A DNA stretch of 64,000 bases, taken from contig CAWHHI010000016.1 in assembly GCA_963829055.1 (NCBI GenBank), positions 1,120,001 through 1,184,000 of the forward strand. The letters run 5' to 3'. Shown in pieces: positions 10,000 through 19,674 of the stretch. Made by a program: the position numbers and the translations under genes. Source of the stretch: an uncultured Gemmatimonadaceae bacterium (GTDB lineage Bacteria > Gemmatimonadota > Gemmatimonadetes > Gemmatimonadales > Gemmatimonadaceae). The notes below the pieces were generated by a model. The model saw only the letters and a program-made list of their open reading frames with translations. It did not search any database and had not been told where the DNA came from. Positions within the stretch are counted from its first letter, which is position 1; every line of letters starts with the position of its first letter.

Positions 10000-11838
10000 T
10001 CAGTCCAGAAGCTCGAGATCGAGCGCGTCGATCGCCGCGCGGAGTACGGGATCCTGCTTCCTGAGTGATGCCATCCGCTGCTCGCGGATCTCCTCTTCAG
10101 TAACGCGACGCGATGCACCGGACGCGGCCTTCCCTTCGGGGCGCGCGATCGCGATCCGATCGACCGCCGGGTAGAAGGATTTCACGACGCCGAGTAAATC
10201 CGCCTTCCCCATGTCGAGGCCGTCAGCGGACGCGACGTCGTCGATGCGGATCGTGAGCATCCCGGAGGCCGAGATGGCCGACGGCACTGCCTGCTCCAGA
10301 TATGGTGCAAGCAGAACGCGAGTCTCTCGAACGGCAGCGACAATGTCGTCCCATCGTTCCGTGAGCACGTTGATCGTCGGCAACGTGGGCGTGACCGCTG
10401 ACGGCGCGCGCGACTGCACGCGCGACGCCGTAGCGGTGGCCGTCGCGGCGCCTGCGACCGTCGGTGCGCGCGCCGCGGACACCGTCGTCGACGATGCCGA
10501 CGGTCCCCACGGCGGCTCGCCACGCGGGCCCGAATCGCGATCGCGGACGACTGGCGGGACGACGGGACGATCCGCTGGAGGCCCAGGGGGTTCGGCCATT
10601 GCTCGCCGAGGGACATCGGAGGCGATGCTACTCTGCCCCGCGGACGACCGCACTGACGGGGTGCCGCCCGACGACGCGCCTCGCGATCCCGCTCCCGAAT
10701 TCCCGCCATCACCGAGTCCGCGCAAGACGTCCTCGATGGCGACCGTGCGGTCGAGCAGCGCAAATCGAATCAGGAGCGTTTCGAGAAGTAGTTGCTGCTG
10801 CCCGCTCTTCCGAAACCGCTGTTCGAGCTCGCCGATGGCGGTGAGCATTCGCAGCAGGTCACCGGCAGAGATACGATCACGTCGCGCTTCGAGCGTGGCG
10901 CGCGCACGATCGGACACTTCCACCGTGGAAGACCCGAGCACGACAGCGAGTTGCGCGCGGAGCATGTCGGCGAGTCCGGTGAGGAAGATGCCGAAGTCGA
11001 CTCCGGAATCGCCGAGACGCTGGACCAGCGGGAAGACATCACCGGCGCGTCGCGCGGCGATGACATCGAGCACGGCGAGATACTCGTCTTCGGGCACGAT
11101 CCCGAGCGCGTCGCGAACGCGTTCGGCCGTGAGCGCCCCCTCGCCTAACGACAGCGACTGGTCGGTAAGACTGAGGGCGTCGCGCATCGAGCCATCGGCC
11201 GCGCGCGCGATCATCGCGAGCGCTTCGGGCTCAGCCTCGATGTGCTCGTCCGCGAGCACGGTCTGGAGACGGGCCTTCACGTCAGCGGGCCCGATACGCC
11301 GGAAGTCGAAACGCTGCAGTCGGCTCAGCACCGGTGCGGCCGCCTGCGCGATCTTCTGCGGTTCCGTCGTCGCGAACACGAAGACGACACGCGGTGGTGG
11401 CTCCTCGAGTACCTTGAGCAGCGCGTTCCACGCTTCGCGCGTGAGCATGTGTGCCTCGTCGACGATGTAGACTTTGTACCGATCGTCGCCGGATGGCGCG
11501 TACATCGCGCGTTCACGCAGGTCCCGCGCATCGTCGACGCCGCGGTTGGACGCCGCGTCGATCTCGATCACGTCGAGACTCGCAGACCCGCTCCAGATGC
11601 GCTGGCAGGAATCGCAGACGCCACACGGCTCGCCGTCGGGCGCTCGATTCTCGCAGTTGAGCGCCATCGCGAGGACGCGGGCGAGCGTCGTTTTCCCGAC
11701 GCCCCGCGGGCCACACAGCAGGTAGCCGTGGGCCACGCGTCCGCGAGCGATTGCGCCCTTGAGCGTGTTCGAGACGTGCGACTGGACCGCGACGGACGCG
11801 AAGTTGCGCGGACGGTATTTGCGCGCGAGAGCGAGCAT
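10000..11838 (-). CDS. dnaX: DNA polymerase III subunit gamma/tau
   Basis: LARKYRP, GPRGVGKTT, EIDAASNRGVDD, DEAHML, KVLEEPP; start set at ATG 11838. Confidence 0.96.
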   Translation of the reverse strand: MLALARKYRPRNFASVAVQSHVSNTLKGAIARGRVAHGYLLCGPRGVGKTTLARVLAMALNCENRAPDGEPCGVCDSCQRIWSGSASLDVIEIDAASNRGVDDARDLRERAMYAPSGDDRYKVYIVDEAHMLTREAWNALLKVLEEPPPRVVFVFATTEPQKIAQAAAPVLSRLQRFDFRRIGPADVKARLQTVLADEHIEAEPEALAMIARAADGSMRDALSLTDQSLSLGEGALTAERVRDALGIVPEDEYLAVLDVIAARRAGDVFPLVQRLGDSGVDFGIFLTGLADMLRAQLAVVLGSSTVEVSDRARATLEARRDRISAGDLLRMLTAIGELEQRFRKSGQQQLLLETLLIRFALLDRTVAIEDVLRGLGDGGNSGAGSRGASSGGTPSVRSSAGQSSIASDVPRRAMAEPPGPPADRPVVPPVVRDRDSGPRGEPPWGPSASSTTVSAARAPTVAGAATATATASRVQSRAPSAVTPTLPTINVLTERWDDIVAAVRETRVLLAPYLEQAVPSAISASGMLTIRIDDVASADGLDMGKADLLGVVKSFYPAVDRIAIARPEGKAASGASRRVTEEEIREQRMASLRKQDPVLRAAIDALDLELLD

Positions 11839-11896
11839 TACTGTCGGGAACGGGAAATCGGGAACCGAGAACGGAACGGCGGAGGGTCCGACGCGA

Positions 11897-11940
11897 CGGA
11901 GCCTCGCTCGACGCCGCCGTGGCACTCGAGCGAGGCTCCG
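11897..11940. other. Perfect 15-bp stem hairpin in the ffs-dnaX spacer
   Basis: CGGAGCCTCGCTCGA-N14-TCGAGCGAGGCTCCG. Confidence 0.6.
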
Positions 11941-12093
11941 AATCTTTCGCGCGTCGCTCGCGCGATCAAGCGTGGTGGTGCTGCAGTGCTGCTTCAGGTG
12001 CTGCTTCGCCGGGTGGGCGGGCTGCTGGCCTGCGAACGTTCGAACCGCCTGGGCGGTTCCTCGTTCGCTGTCCCCAGCGGCCACCGCTCACCG

Positions 12094-12199
12094 CGATACT
12101 CCAGGTCTGACGAAGCGACGCAAGACACCACATGCCGCTGCTACCTTCGGGGTCCTGACGGAGTTAGCGGGCTCACGCCCTTCGGGACCTGGAGCACCG
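12094..12199 (-). ncRNA. ffs: SRP RNA (4.5S, small bacterial type)
   Basis: Minus strand contains TCAGGACCCCGAAGGTAGCAGC (SRP helix-8 motif); terminal pairing CGGTGCTCCAGGTC/GACCTGGAGTATCG; upstream of dnaX as in many bacteria; -10-like TACCTT just upstream. Confidence 0.85.
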
Positions 12200-12227
12200 G
12201 GAAAGGTAGCCGGCCACACACCGCGAT

Positions 12228-13253
12228 TCAACCGCGTTCGAGCACTTCGCGAAGGATCGTTGCGGCCTCGTCGACCTGTGCCGGTGTGACATCGAGATGC
12301 GTGACCACGCGGATTCGCGTCGAAGTCCAGACGCTGACGAGCAGACCGCGCGCGGCCGCAGCGCGGGCGACGTCAGCCGCAGTCAACGGTGATCGCACAT
12401 CGACCATCACGATGTTGGTATCAGGCGAAACGACGTTCACCGTGGTGCATTCGGCCACCATCTTCGCGAACCGTGTGGCGTTCGCGTGATCCTCCACCAG
12501 CCGGTCGCGGTGATGTTCCAGCCCGAACAGTGCCCCGGCAGCAATGATGCCTGACTGTCGCAGCGCACCGCCGAAGCGCTTGCGAAAGGTCCATGCGGCG
12601 TCGATGAGACGGCTCGAACCCGCCAGCGCCGCGCCGACCGGAGCGCCCAACCCTTTGGAGAACGACACCATCACGGTGTCGGCGCAGGCCGCGTAGTCCG
12701 CGACCGCAACGCCCGTGGCAGCTTCCACGTTCCAGAGTCGCGCGCCGTCGAGGTGCAACGGAATCCCCACCGCACGCGCGACGCGCGAGATGTCACGCAG
12801 CGACTCGAGCGGTGTCACCACCCCACCTGCGCCGTTGTGTGTGTTCTCGACGGAGACGAGCGACGGCCGCGGCGCGTAGCGTGACGGTGGCCGAACGGCA
12901 CGCTCGAGGTCACGAGCGTCCCAGGTGCGGCCCGACGGGACAATGAACCGTGGCTGGACTCCTGTCAGCGCGGCTATGCCCGCCCCGGTCAGATTCACGA
13001 CATGCGCGTCACCGTCCACCAGTATCTCGGTACCGGGCACCGAGTGCACCGCAATCGCGGACTGGTTCGCCATCGTGCCGGTGGGAAAGAACAGCGCCGC
13101 TTCTTTCCCGAGCAGCGCCGCTACTCGCGCTTCGAGTCGGCGCGTGGTCGGGTCACCATCGAGGTGGTCGTCTCCGACGTCCGCGGCGGCGATGGCCTGC
13201 CGCATGGCGGCAGTTGGCCGCGTGACGGTATCGCTGCGAAGGTCAATGGGCAT
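12228..13253 (-). CDS. ltaE: Low-specificity L-threonine aldolase
   Basis: IDLRSDTVT, TGTMANQ, ENTHN, HLDGAR, SKGLGAPVG. Confidence 0.92.
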   Translation of the reverse strand: MPIDLRSDTVTRPTAAMRQAIAAADVGDDHLDGDPTTRRLEARVAALLGKEAALFFPTGTMANQSAIAVHSVPGTEILVDGDAHVVNLTGAGIAALTGVQPRFIVPSGRTWDARDLERAVRPPSRYAPRPSLVSVENTHNGAGGVVTPLESLRDISRVARAVGIPLHLDGARLWNVEAATGVAVADYAACADTVMVSFSKGLGAPVGAALAGSSRLIDAAWTFRKRFGGALRQSGIIAAGALFGLEHHRDRLVEDHANATRFAKMVAECTTVNVVSPDTNIVMVDVRSPLTAADVARAAAARGLLVSVWTSTRIRVVTHLDVTPAQVDEAATILREVLERG

Positions 13254-13388
13254 CCCGGGAACCTAACGTTACAAGCGGCGGATGGGCGAGCGTGGCCGCA
13301 TCGCCACTCCCGCCCATCGCCCATCCCCACACCGGATGCGACGAGTCGCCTAACCAGTGTTCCGCGAGCCGCAGCGCTTCCAGCGCGC

Positions 13389-13634
13389 TTACGGCTTCGT
13401 TACGCGAACCTTGGGCACGGCCACCTTGGCCGAATCCTTTCGAACGTCGACTTTCGGGACGGCCACGGTCGTCGTGTCCTTGACGATATCGACGTCAGGC
13501 GTCTTGATGGTGGTCGTATCGGTCTTGACGTCGACGTTCGGCGTCTGCACCTGGAACTCGTTCTCTCCGGTTTTCTTGCACGCGGCCACCGCCGTCAGCG
13601 CCGCGATCGCGAGGGTCAAAGCTGTCTTCCGCAC
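13389..13634 (-). CDS. Small lipoprotein with 14-aa repeats
   Basis: Lipobox VAAC; repeats P-x-V-D-V-x-x-D-T-T-T. Confidence 0.7.
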   Translation of the reverse strand: MRKTALTLAIAALTAVAACKKTGENEFQVQTPNVDVKTDTTTIKTPDVDIVKDTTTVAVPKVDVRKDSAKVAVPKVRVTKP

Positions 13635-13762
13635 GGTAGGCCTCCAGTTGAGTGCGAACGCTCAGCTGTAGGGCAACCTTTAGGCCAAGGGGAGAATGTG
13701 CTATCAGCTAACACGGAACCTCGGAGTCCCGGGGCGTTGAGCCGCGCTGATGGCTTCTTCTC

Positions 13763-14671
13763 TCAGTCTTCAAATGTTTCCCGCTGCAAACGCCTCACGC
13801 GGCGCAGCTCGTACACCTGCCCCACTTCCCCGCCGAGGATGAAGATCATCGCCGCGTAGTAGACCCAGAACACGATGATCACCAGCGCGTACAGCGTTCC
13901 CGTGTACACCGACCCCGGGTCGAACTCCGCGACGTACGCGGTGAACACGTTCTTCGCGAGTTCGAACATGGTGCTCGTGAACACCGCGGCGAGCAACGCT
14001 GTCTGCCAGCGGATGCGCCGGTTCGGCAAGAACTTGTACAGGCCGAAGAACATCAGCGCGACGAACGTGAACGCGACGAACCTGCCTAACACGTACTCCA
14101 CCGTGCCCATCACGTCCGCGCGGATGCCGAGCCGCTCGATGATCTGCACGCCGCGCGTCGTCGCGAGCGCGAGGTAGGCGCTCAGCGCGGTATACGCCAC
14201 GAGCAGCAGCGTCGACATGATCGTGATCTGAATGTCGAACAGCTTCCCGGCGATGATCCCGCGATCCGTCTCGATGTCGAAGACGTCCGCGAGCACGCTC
14301 CGCAGCGAGCCGAACAGGCGCGTCGAGAACCAGATGAAGCCGACCGCGCTGTAGACACCAACCGCGCCACGCGTGCGGATGATGTCGATGAGCATAGTGT
14401 GGACGGGGCTCTCGGTCGTCTCCGCGTGTGGCGGCAGCAGGCTGTCGATGATCGCGGTGACGTCGGCGAACGTCTGGTCCGCCGAATGATTGAGCAGCGT
14501 GGCGAGCCCCGACACGAGCAACAGCACGAACGGAACCGCGACGAGCATGATGTTGAACGCGATCCCACCCGCCAGGAAGAAAATGTTGTCTTCACCGGCG
14601 TTATCCCAGACACGCTTCGCGTAATCGCGAAGCGTCCAGGCAACCCGACTGAGGAGAGGACGTCGCGCCAC
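13763..14671 (-). CDS. YihY/BrkB family membrane protein
   Basis: DNIFFLAGGIAF, LYKFLPNRR, YTGTL..LVIIVFWVYY. Confidence 0.88.
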   Translation of the reverse strand: MARRPLLSRVAWTLRDYAKRVWDNAGEDNIFFLAGGIAFNIMLVAVPFVLLLVSGLATLLNHSADQTFADVTAIIDSLLPPHAETTESPVHTMLIDIIRTRGAVGVYSAVGFIWFSTRLFGSLRSVLADVFDIETDRGIIAGKLFDIQITIMSTLLLVAYTALSAYLALATTRGVQIIERLGIRADVMGTVEYVLGRFVAFTFVALMFFGLYKFLPNRRIRWQTALLAAVFTSTMFELAKNVFTAYVAEFDPGSVYTGTLYALVIIVFWVYYAAMIFILGGEVGQVYELRRVRRLQRETFED

Positions 14672-14694
14672 GCTACGGTCCGCGAGCGCCGAAG

Positions 14695-15171
14695 CTACCG
14701 GTCGGGCTCGTCCGACTCGAGGTCTGCGGGTGTCGGCAACGACGCCGGGCTGCCCGACCGCGCGACGTCGACGCCGGCGTTGTAGGCAGCCTTCGTTTCG
14801 GCGATCCGACGCTCGAGCTCATCGCGCGCCTGCTGCGCCGCCGCGCGACCCGCTTCCATGGCGCGGGACACCTGACGCTTCTTGAGGTCGATCGCCTGGC
14901 GCGCCGTATCGAGCCCCTGCTCGACGCGACCGCGTGCCTGCTCGAACGTTTCGTTCACCGACGTCGTGATATCGCCGGCCACATCCTGCGCCGCTCGCGT
15001 CGCGCGCCGAGCGCCCCGACGAATGCCCCGTCGAGTCTCCGCGCCGGACTGCGGCGCCAGGAGCAGGGCCGCGGCCGCACCGACCGCGACGCCGAGGAGG
15101 AACGCGCCCACTCCACCCGAGTGCCGTTCGATGATGACCGCTGGTTCGTCGTCGTAATCCACCCTACGCAT
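14695..15171 (-). CDS. YtxH domain protein
   Basis: FLLGVAVGAAAALLLAPQSGAETR motif followed by coiled coil. Confidence 0.85.
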   Translation of the reverse strand: MRRVDYDDEPAVIIERHSGGVGAFLLGVAVGAAAALLLAPQSGAETRRGIRRGARRATRAAQDVAGDITTSVNETFEQARGRVEQGLDTARQAIDLKKRQVSRAMEAGRAAAQQARDELERRIAETKAAYNAGVDVARSGSPASLPTPADLESDEPDR

Positions 15172-15246
15172 AGCCTCTCCTCGTCATCTCGCGCCGCTTG
15201 TGCGGCGCGGGTCGTGATCGGTCACCAACGCGGTAAGCGAGATCGC

Positions 15247-16752
15247 CTAACGCCGCTTCTTCGACTTCGCCTTCGCGTGCACCTTCGCCGGCTGGGCGCG
15301 CTCGACTACTACCGCATCGCTCGGCTCGTCATCGCGGTTTGCCCCAGGCTCCTCACCATCATCCGCCGAAGCGTCCGCCGCGGTCGCACGTCGTGCTGCC
15401 TCGACGCGGGCGCTGACAAACCGCGAGAACTCATCGAACAGTTCGTCGCGCGTCATGCCCATCACCATTGCTCCGCCGTGATCGCCGTTGGACGCGCCAG
15501 CGCGATCGGTGGCGCGGCGACGTGGCGGCGACGACGGCGACCCGTACGCGTCGGTGCCCTCCGCGCCAGGCTGCAGATGGCGCGGTGCGATGTCGGCAAC
15601 CGTGATCACCGGTCCGGTGGCCATGATCACCGCGCGCTCGACGGCGTTCTTCAGCTCGCGCACGTTCCCCGGCCATCGATAGTTCAGAATCCACGACCAG
15701 GAGTCGTTATCGAAGCCGGTGACCTTCTTGCCATTCTGCTGTGCATAACGCGCGAGGAACTCGTTCGCGAGCAACTTCACGTCGCCGAGGCGCTCGCGGA
15801 GCGGCGGCAGAAAGATCTCGACAACGGCGAGCCGATAATACAGGTCCTCGCGCAGCTCTCCCTCGGCGATGGCCTTCTGCAGATTCCGGTTCGTCGCCGC
15901 GACGACGCGAATATCCACCGCAATCTCGCGCTTCCCGCCAAGACGCCGAATGGAACGCGACTCCAGCGCGCGCAGCAGCTTGACCTGGATATCGGGCGCC
16001 ATCTCCGCGACTTCGTCGAGGAAGATCGTGCCGCCATGCGCCATCTCGAATGCGCCCGCCTTCTCGTTCGTCGAACCGGTGAAGGCGCCCTTCTCGTGAC
16101 CGAACAGCTCGTTCTCGAGAATGTCTTTCGGAAGCGCCGCGCAGTTCAGCGCGAAGATCGGGCCCTTCGCGCGATCACTCTTGTTGTGAATCGCGCGCGC
16201 GACGAGCTCCTTGCCCGTGCCGGACTCGCCGAGGATGAGGACGCTCGCCGTGGACGGTGCGACGGCATCGAGGACGCGGTAGACGGAGCGCATGGCTTCC
16301 GACTGTCCCGTGAGCTCACCATAGTGCGTGAGCCCCTCGATCGTCGATGCGAGCTCCTTGATCTTCTGGCGATCGTTGAACTTGTCGAGCGCTTTCGGAA
16401 TGAGCGCCTTGAGCCGGTTGAGCTTCTCGGCGTTCAGGGGCTTCTCGATATAGTCGTAGGCGCCCTGCCGCATTGCCTGAACGGCGGAATCGACGGTCGC
16501 CTGGCCCGTCACGATAATGCACTCCGTCGCGATGCCGCGCGCCTGCAGCTCCTTGAGCAGTGCGAGACCGTCGAGCTTCGGCATCATGAGATCCGCGAGT
16601 GCCACACCGAACGTGTCGGTCGCCAAGCGGTCGATGGCCTTCTGGCCATCGAGGGCTACTTCGATTTCGTAGCCCTCGTCCGACAGGATGGCGCCCAGTC
16701 CATCGGTGATGGAGCGGTCGTCGTCAGCGATCAGAATCTTCGGCTTCTTCAT
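15247..16752 (-). CDS. Sigma-54-dependent response regulator (REC + AAA+), atypical C-terminus
   Basis: REC (ADDD, DLMMP); GESGTGKE, ELFGHEKGAFTGS, FLDEV, WPGNVREL; no clean Fis-type HTH. Confidence 0.9.
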   Translation of the reverse strand: MKKPKILIADDDRSITDGLGAILSDEGYEIEVALDGQKAIDRLATDTFGVALADLMMPKLDGLALLKELQARGIATECIIVTGQATVDSAVQAMRQGAYDYIEKPLNAEKLNRLKALIPKALDKFNDRQKIKELASTIEGLTHYGELTGQSEAMRSVYRVLDAVAPSTASVLILGESGTGKELVARAIHNKSDRAKGPIFALNCAALPKDILENELFGHEKGAFTGSTNEKAGAFEMAHGGTIFLDEVAEMAPDIQVKLLRALESRSIRRLGGKREIAVDIRVVAATNRNLQKAIAEGELREDLYYRLAVVEIFLPPLRERLGDVKLLANEFLARYAQQNGKKVTGFDNDSWSWILNYRWPGNVRELKNAVERAVIMATGPVITVADIAPRHLQPGAEGTDAYGSPSSPPRRRATDRAGASNGDHGGAMVMGMTRDELFDEFSRFVSARVEAARRATAADASADDGEEPGANRDDEPSDAVVVERAQPAKVHAKAKSKKRR

Positions 16753-17363
16753 GAAGAGACGTCTGGAGTGGCGCGTGGATCGACTGCCGGAAAGCGAAGC
16801 TCGAGGAATCGTTCGCTCACGGCGATGCGCACGCCGTGTGCAAGCGCGATGGCAACGATCTCAGCATCGGGGAGCGGTGGTACGTGTGTCGCTCCCGTGA
16901 CGCGGAGAAAGATACCGTCATCGACAGCGATTTCGCACGAAATCGCGTCGCCGTTCGCGAGAGCGGCTAGCACACTGCGCGCCACCGCTGCCCGGACAAG
17001 CTCGACGGGCGCGCTCGTTCGCGCACGGCCGTCGCTCTCGTCAGTGATCCTGACCCCTCCTACCCCGCGCAACGCCACGAGTCGCGACAGGCGGGTCACC
17101 ACTGCCGCTACGTCCGCTGGCGCCGGCTCGGGCCGAGCAAATCCGAGGAGCGCTTCCGCTCCCGCAGTCGCCAGCTCGAACTGGGCCGCGGCGGTGGCGG
17201 CAAACGGCGCGATCGCCGCCGCCTCGGCACCGCGAGCCGATCGGCCGCGCACCACCTCGAGGTTCACCGCAACGCCGTTCAAGGCGTTGCGGAAGTCGTG
17301 CGCGACGTGGTTTGCCAGCGCCTGAAACGCTTCGGCCCAGAGCGCCGAGCCGCTATCAGTCAC
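16749..17363 (-). CDS. Degenerate histidine-kinase-like protein (HisKA H-box only)
   Basis: VAHDFRNALNGVAVNLE H-box; no N/G1/G2 ATP-binding boxes recognisable; overlaps both neighbours. Confidence 0.65.
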   Translation of the reverse strand: MTDSGSALWAEAFQALANHVAHDFRNALNGVAVNLEVVRGRSARGAEAAAIAPFAATAAAQFELATAGAEALLGFARPEPAPADVAAVVTRLSRLVALRGVGGVRITDESDGRARTSAPVELVRAAVARSVLAALANGDAISCEIAVDDGIFLRVTGATHVPPLPDAEIVAIALAHGVRIAVSERFLELRFPAVDPRATPDVSS

Positions 17364-18783
17364 TCAGGTCCATGTCGTCTGGGGCGGCGGCGACGTTCTC
17401 GTACCCGGCCGTACCGGGCATCGGGCGATGCAACCGCACCGCTTTCACGTGCTCGCCTACCGCGGCTGCGGTGTTACCAACGGCGAGCTGCGTGAACAGG
17501 AACTCGAACTTCGCGTCGTAGGCCTTGGCAACGGCTGCCTTCACGTCTTCCGGCAGATCCCAGAGGCGCTGCTTGAACGGGCCGAGCGCTTTTTTCCGCG
17601 TCTTGTAGAAGAACTGCTCGTCCGTGTCAGCCGGTTTGCGCTCGTCCTTGGCGTTCGTCCTGAGCCAGTCGTAGATCTCCTGCCGAAGCGGCGCAGGCAG
17701 ATGATCGAACAGCATGTTCTGGAAGTTCGTCGCCAGGTGAATCTCGGCCGTCTCGGTCCGCGGGAAGTTGTGGAACGCCGTGTCTGGGAGCGTCGACGCG
17801 CCATGCTGGACAGCGCCCGAGAGCCCGTATCGTTCGCGGGCCTCTTTCGAGAGGCGCGCGAGCGTGTCGAGATCGAGCGCGACGTCCGCGATCGAGCCGT
17901 CCGCGAGGACGACGCCCCCATGCGACGTGCCGGACTGCACGCTGATCTTCGACAGACCGTCCGTGCCCGGCGGGCAGCGCTCGGCCAGCGTGCGGTTGAA
18001 GCCGTCCATGAATGCCCGCAGCTCTTCGACGGTGCTGTTCTCCGTTCCGACCTCGCCGATCTCGCCACCGACCGAGATCGTGACCCCCTTCGGCTGCAGC
18101 TCACGCACGTAGCGGGTGATGTCGACGCAGGTCTCGTAGTTCAGCCGTTGCTGCGCCGCGAGATCAGGTTTGGACAGGTCGACGAGCGTGGACGTATCGA
18201 CGTCGATGTTATAGAAGCCGGCCGTGATCGCTTCGAGCGCGAGCTGCTTCACCGCCGCCACTTCGCCGTTAGGGTCCACCGCGAACTTCTTCGCGTTGAC
18301 CTGGAAGTGATCGCCCTGGATGAATACCGGCCCGCGGAAGCCCTCGCGCAATGCAGCCCCGAGCATCACCGACACGTACTCGGCAGGGCGCTGGTCGGTG
18401 TAGCCGATCTCCGACCGGGCAATCTCGAGCAGGAACGCGCCGGCGTTGAGCTTGTTGGCGGTTCGGAAGATCGATCGCGCCGTGTCGTACGCGGCCCCAC
18501 GGACGTTGATGGCGGGAACCGTGAAGCCGTGAAGCTCTCCGCGGCCGCGCGCCATATAGAGCCCGTTGATAGAGGCTGCGCGCACGCCGACGGCCTCACC
18601 AATTTCCCAGATGAGCCATCGGGCGTAGTCCCGCTGCTCGCCGGTCGCGAACACCGCCTCGCGCACCAGGGCGTCCATCTTGGGCGACGCGAGATCTGCC
18701 TCGCGCAATACGGTGACGCGTTCGTTCTTGACGCTGATCGCATCGCCAAGCGGGGACGTCCGCGTCTTCACTTGCTCCGGCAT
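17356..18783 (-). CDS. Class II fructose-bisphosphate aldolase family protein
   Basis: VPAINVRG, QGDHFQ, GGEIGEVG, GTSHGG, VQHGAST. Confidence 0.85.
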   Translation of the reverse strand: MPEQVKTRTSPLGDAISVKNERVTVLREADLASPKMDALVREAVFATGEQRDYARWLIWEIGEAVGVRAASINGLYMARGRGELHGFTVPAINVRGAAYDTARSIFRTANKLNAGAFLLEIARSEIGYTDQRPAEYVSVMLGAALREGFRGPVFIQGDHFQVNAKKFAVDPNGEVAAVKQLALEAITAGFYNIDVDTSTLVDLSKPDLAAQQRLNYETCVDITRYVRELQPKGVTISVGGEIGEVGTENSTVEELRAFMDGFNRTLAERCPPGTDGLSKISVQSGTSHGGVVLADGSIADVALDLDTLARLSKEARERYGLSGAVQHGASTLPDTAFHNFPRTETAEIHLATNFQNMLFDHLPAPLRQEIYDWLRTNAKDERKPADTDEQFFYKTRKKALGPFKQRLWDLPEDVKAAVAKAYDAKFEFLFTQLAVGNTAAAVGEHVKAVRLHRPMPGTAGYENVAAAPDDMDLSD

Positions 18784-18888
18784 GTGCCGCCTCGGGAGAA
18801 AGCCGACTACTCGGGTGATGTTCCGGGAAGCTGAGCGCGCTCGAGAGCTGAAGCAACCCCTGCGCCGCGTGTCAGCACAAGCGGCGTT

Positions 18889-19674
18889 TCACGACTCGTC
18901 AATGCGAATCGTGAGGCCGTCGAATGCCGGTGAAACGCCTCGCGGCAGCTCGGCCTCGAGATCCGCGTGGAAGTTGTCGTGCGTCAGATGCGTGAGGAAC
19001 GTGCGGTCGGCTCCGATCTCACGCGCTGCGCGCACCGCTTCCGGAATGCTCAGGTGCGTCGGATGCTCGGTCCGGAACAGCGCATTGATGACGAGCACCT
19101 TCGCGCCGCGCAGATGCTCCATTGCCGCGGGCGGAATCGTCTTCGCGTCGGTCACGTAGGCGAGCGGGCCAATGCGATAGGCGTACACCGTCATCTTGCC
19201 GTGCGGCACCGGCACCGCGGTCACATCGATGTCGCCGATCGTCACCGTCTCGTCGCCCGCCAGGGGACGCGCGTCCCCCTCCGGCTTCGACGTTCCCGCG
19301 ACGGGACGAATGTTGTCGTCGAAAATATACGGGAATCGCTTCGCGAGGTTCTCGAGCGTCGACGGTGGACCATACATCGGCAGTGGGGCGTCGCGCCTAA
19401 CGGTGATCGCGCGAATGTCGTCCACGCCGTGCGTGTGGTCCGCGTGGTCGTGTGTGAACAGCACGGCGTCCACGCGATCGATGCCGTTCGTCACCAGCTG
19501 CAGCCGCAGTTCCGGCGGCGTATCGATCAGCAGGCGCGTCCCGCGCTCCGTCTCGACGACCGCACCGACACGGGTCCGTCGATCACGCGGGTCGGCGGAC
19601 CGACAGCGGGCGCAATTGCACCCGATCTGCGGGACGCCGAAGCTCGTGCCGGTGCCGAGGAACGTGAGCTTCAC
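18889..19674 (-). CDS. MBL-fold metallo-hydrolase (PhnP-like)
   Basis: FLGTGTSFGVPQIGCNCARC, THDHADHTHG, THLTH. Confidence 0.9.
   Translation of the reverse strand: MKLTFLGTGTSFGVPQIGCNCARCRSADPRDRRTRVGAVVETERGTRLLIDTPPELRLQLVTNGIDRVDAVLFTHDHADHTHGVDDIRAITVRRDAPLPMYGPPSTLENLAKRFPYIFDDNIRPVAGTSKPEGDARPLAGDETVTIGDIDVTAVPVPHGKMTVYAYRIGPLAYVTDAKTIPPAAMEHLRGAKVLVINALFRTEHPTHLSIPEAVRAAREIGADRTFLTHLTHDNFHADLEAELPRGVSPAFDGLTIRIDES

Noticed and set aside
10000..11838. dnaX gamma/tau programmed frameshift site
   Set aside because: No A-AAA-AAG or poly-A slippery run seen in the linker
14695..15171. YtxH protein as part of the gas-vesicle system (sometimes labelled 'gas vesicle protein')
   Set aside because: 14 kb from the gvp operon and in the usual ytxH-yihY context
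15121..17325. Long antisense and alternate-frame ORFs (e.g. 15121-17325 +, 5914-7473 +, 40036-41673 +, 17428-18834 +)
   Set aside because: Shadow ORFs of well-supported genes, expected at high GC; Arg/Ala-rich with no motifs
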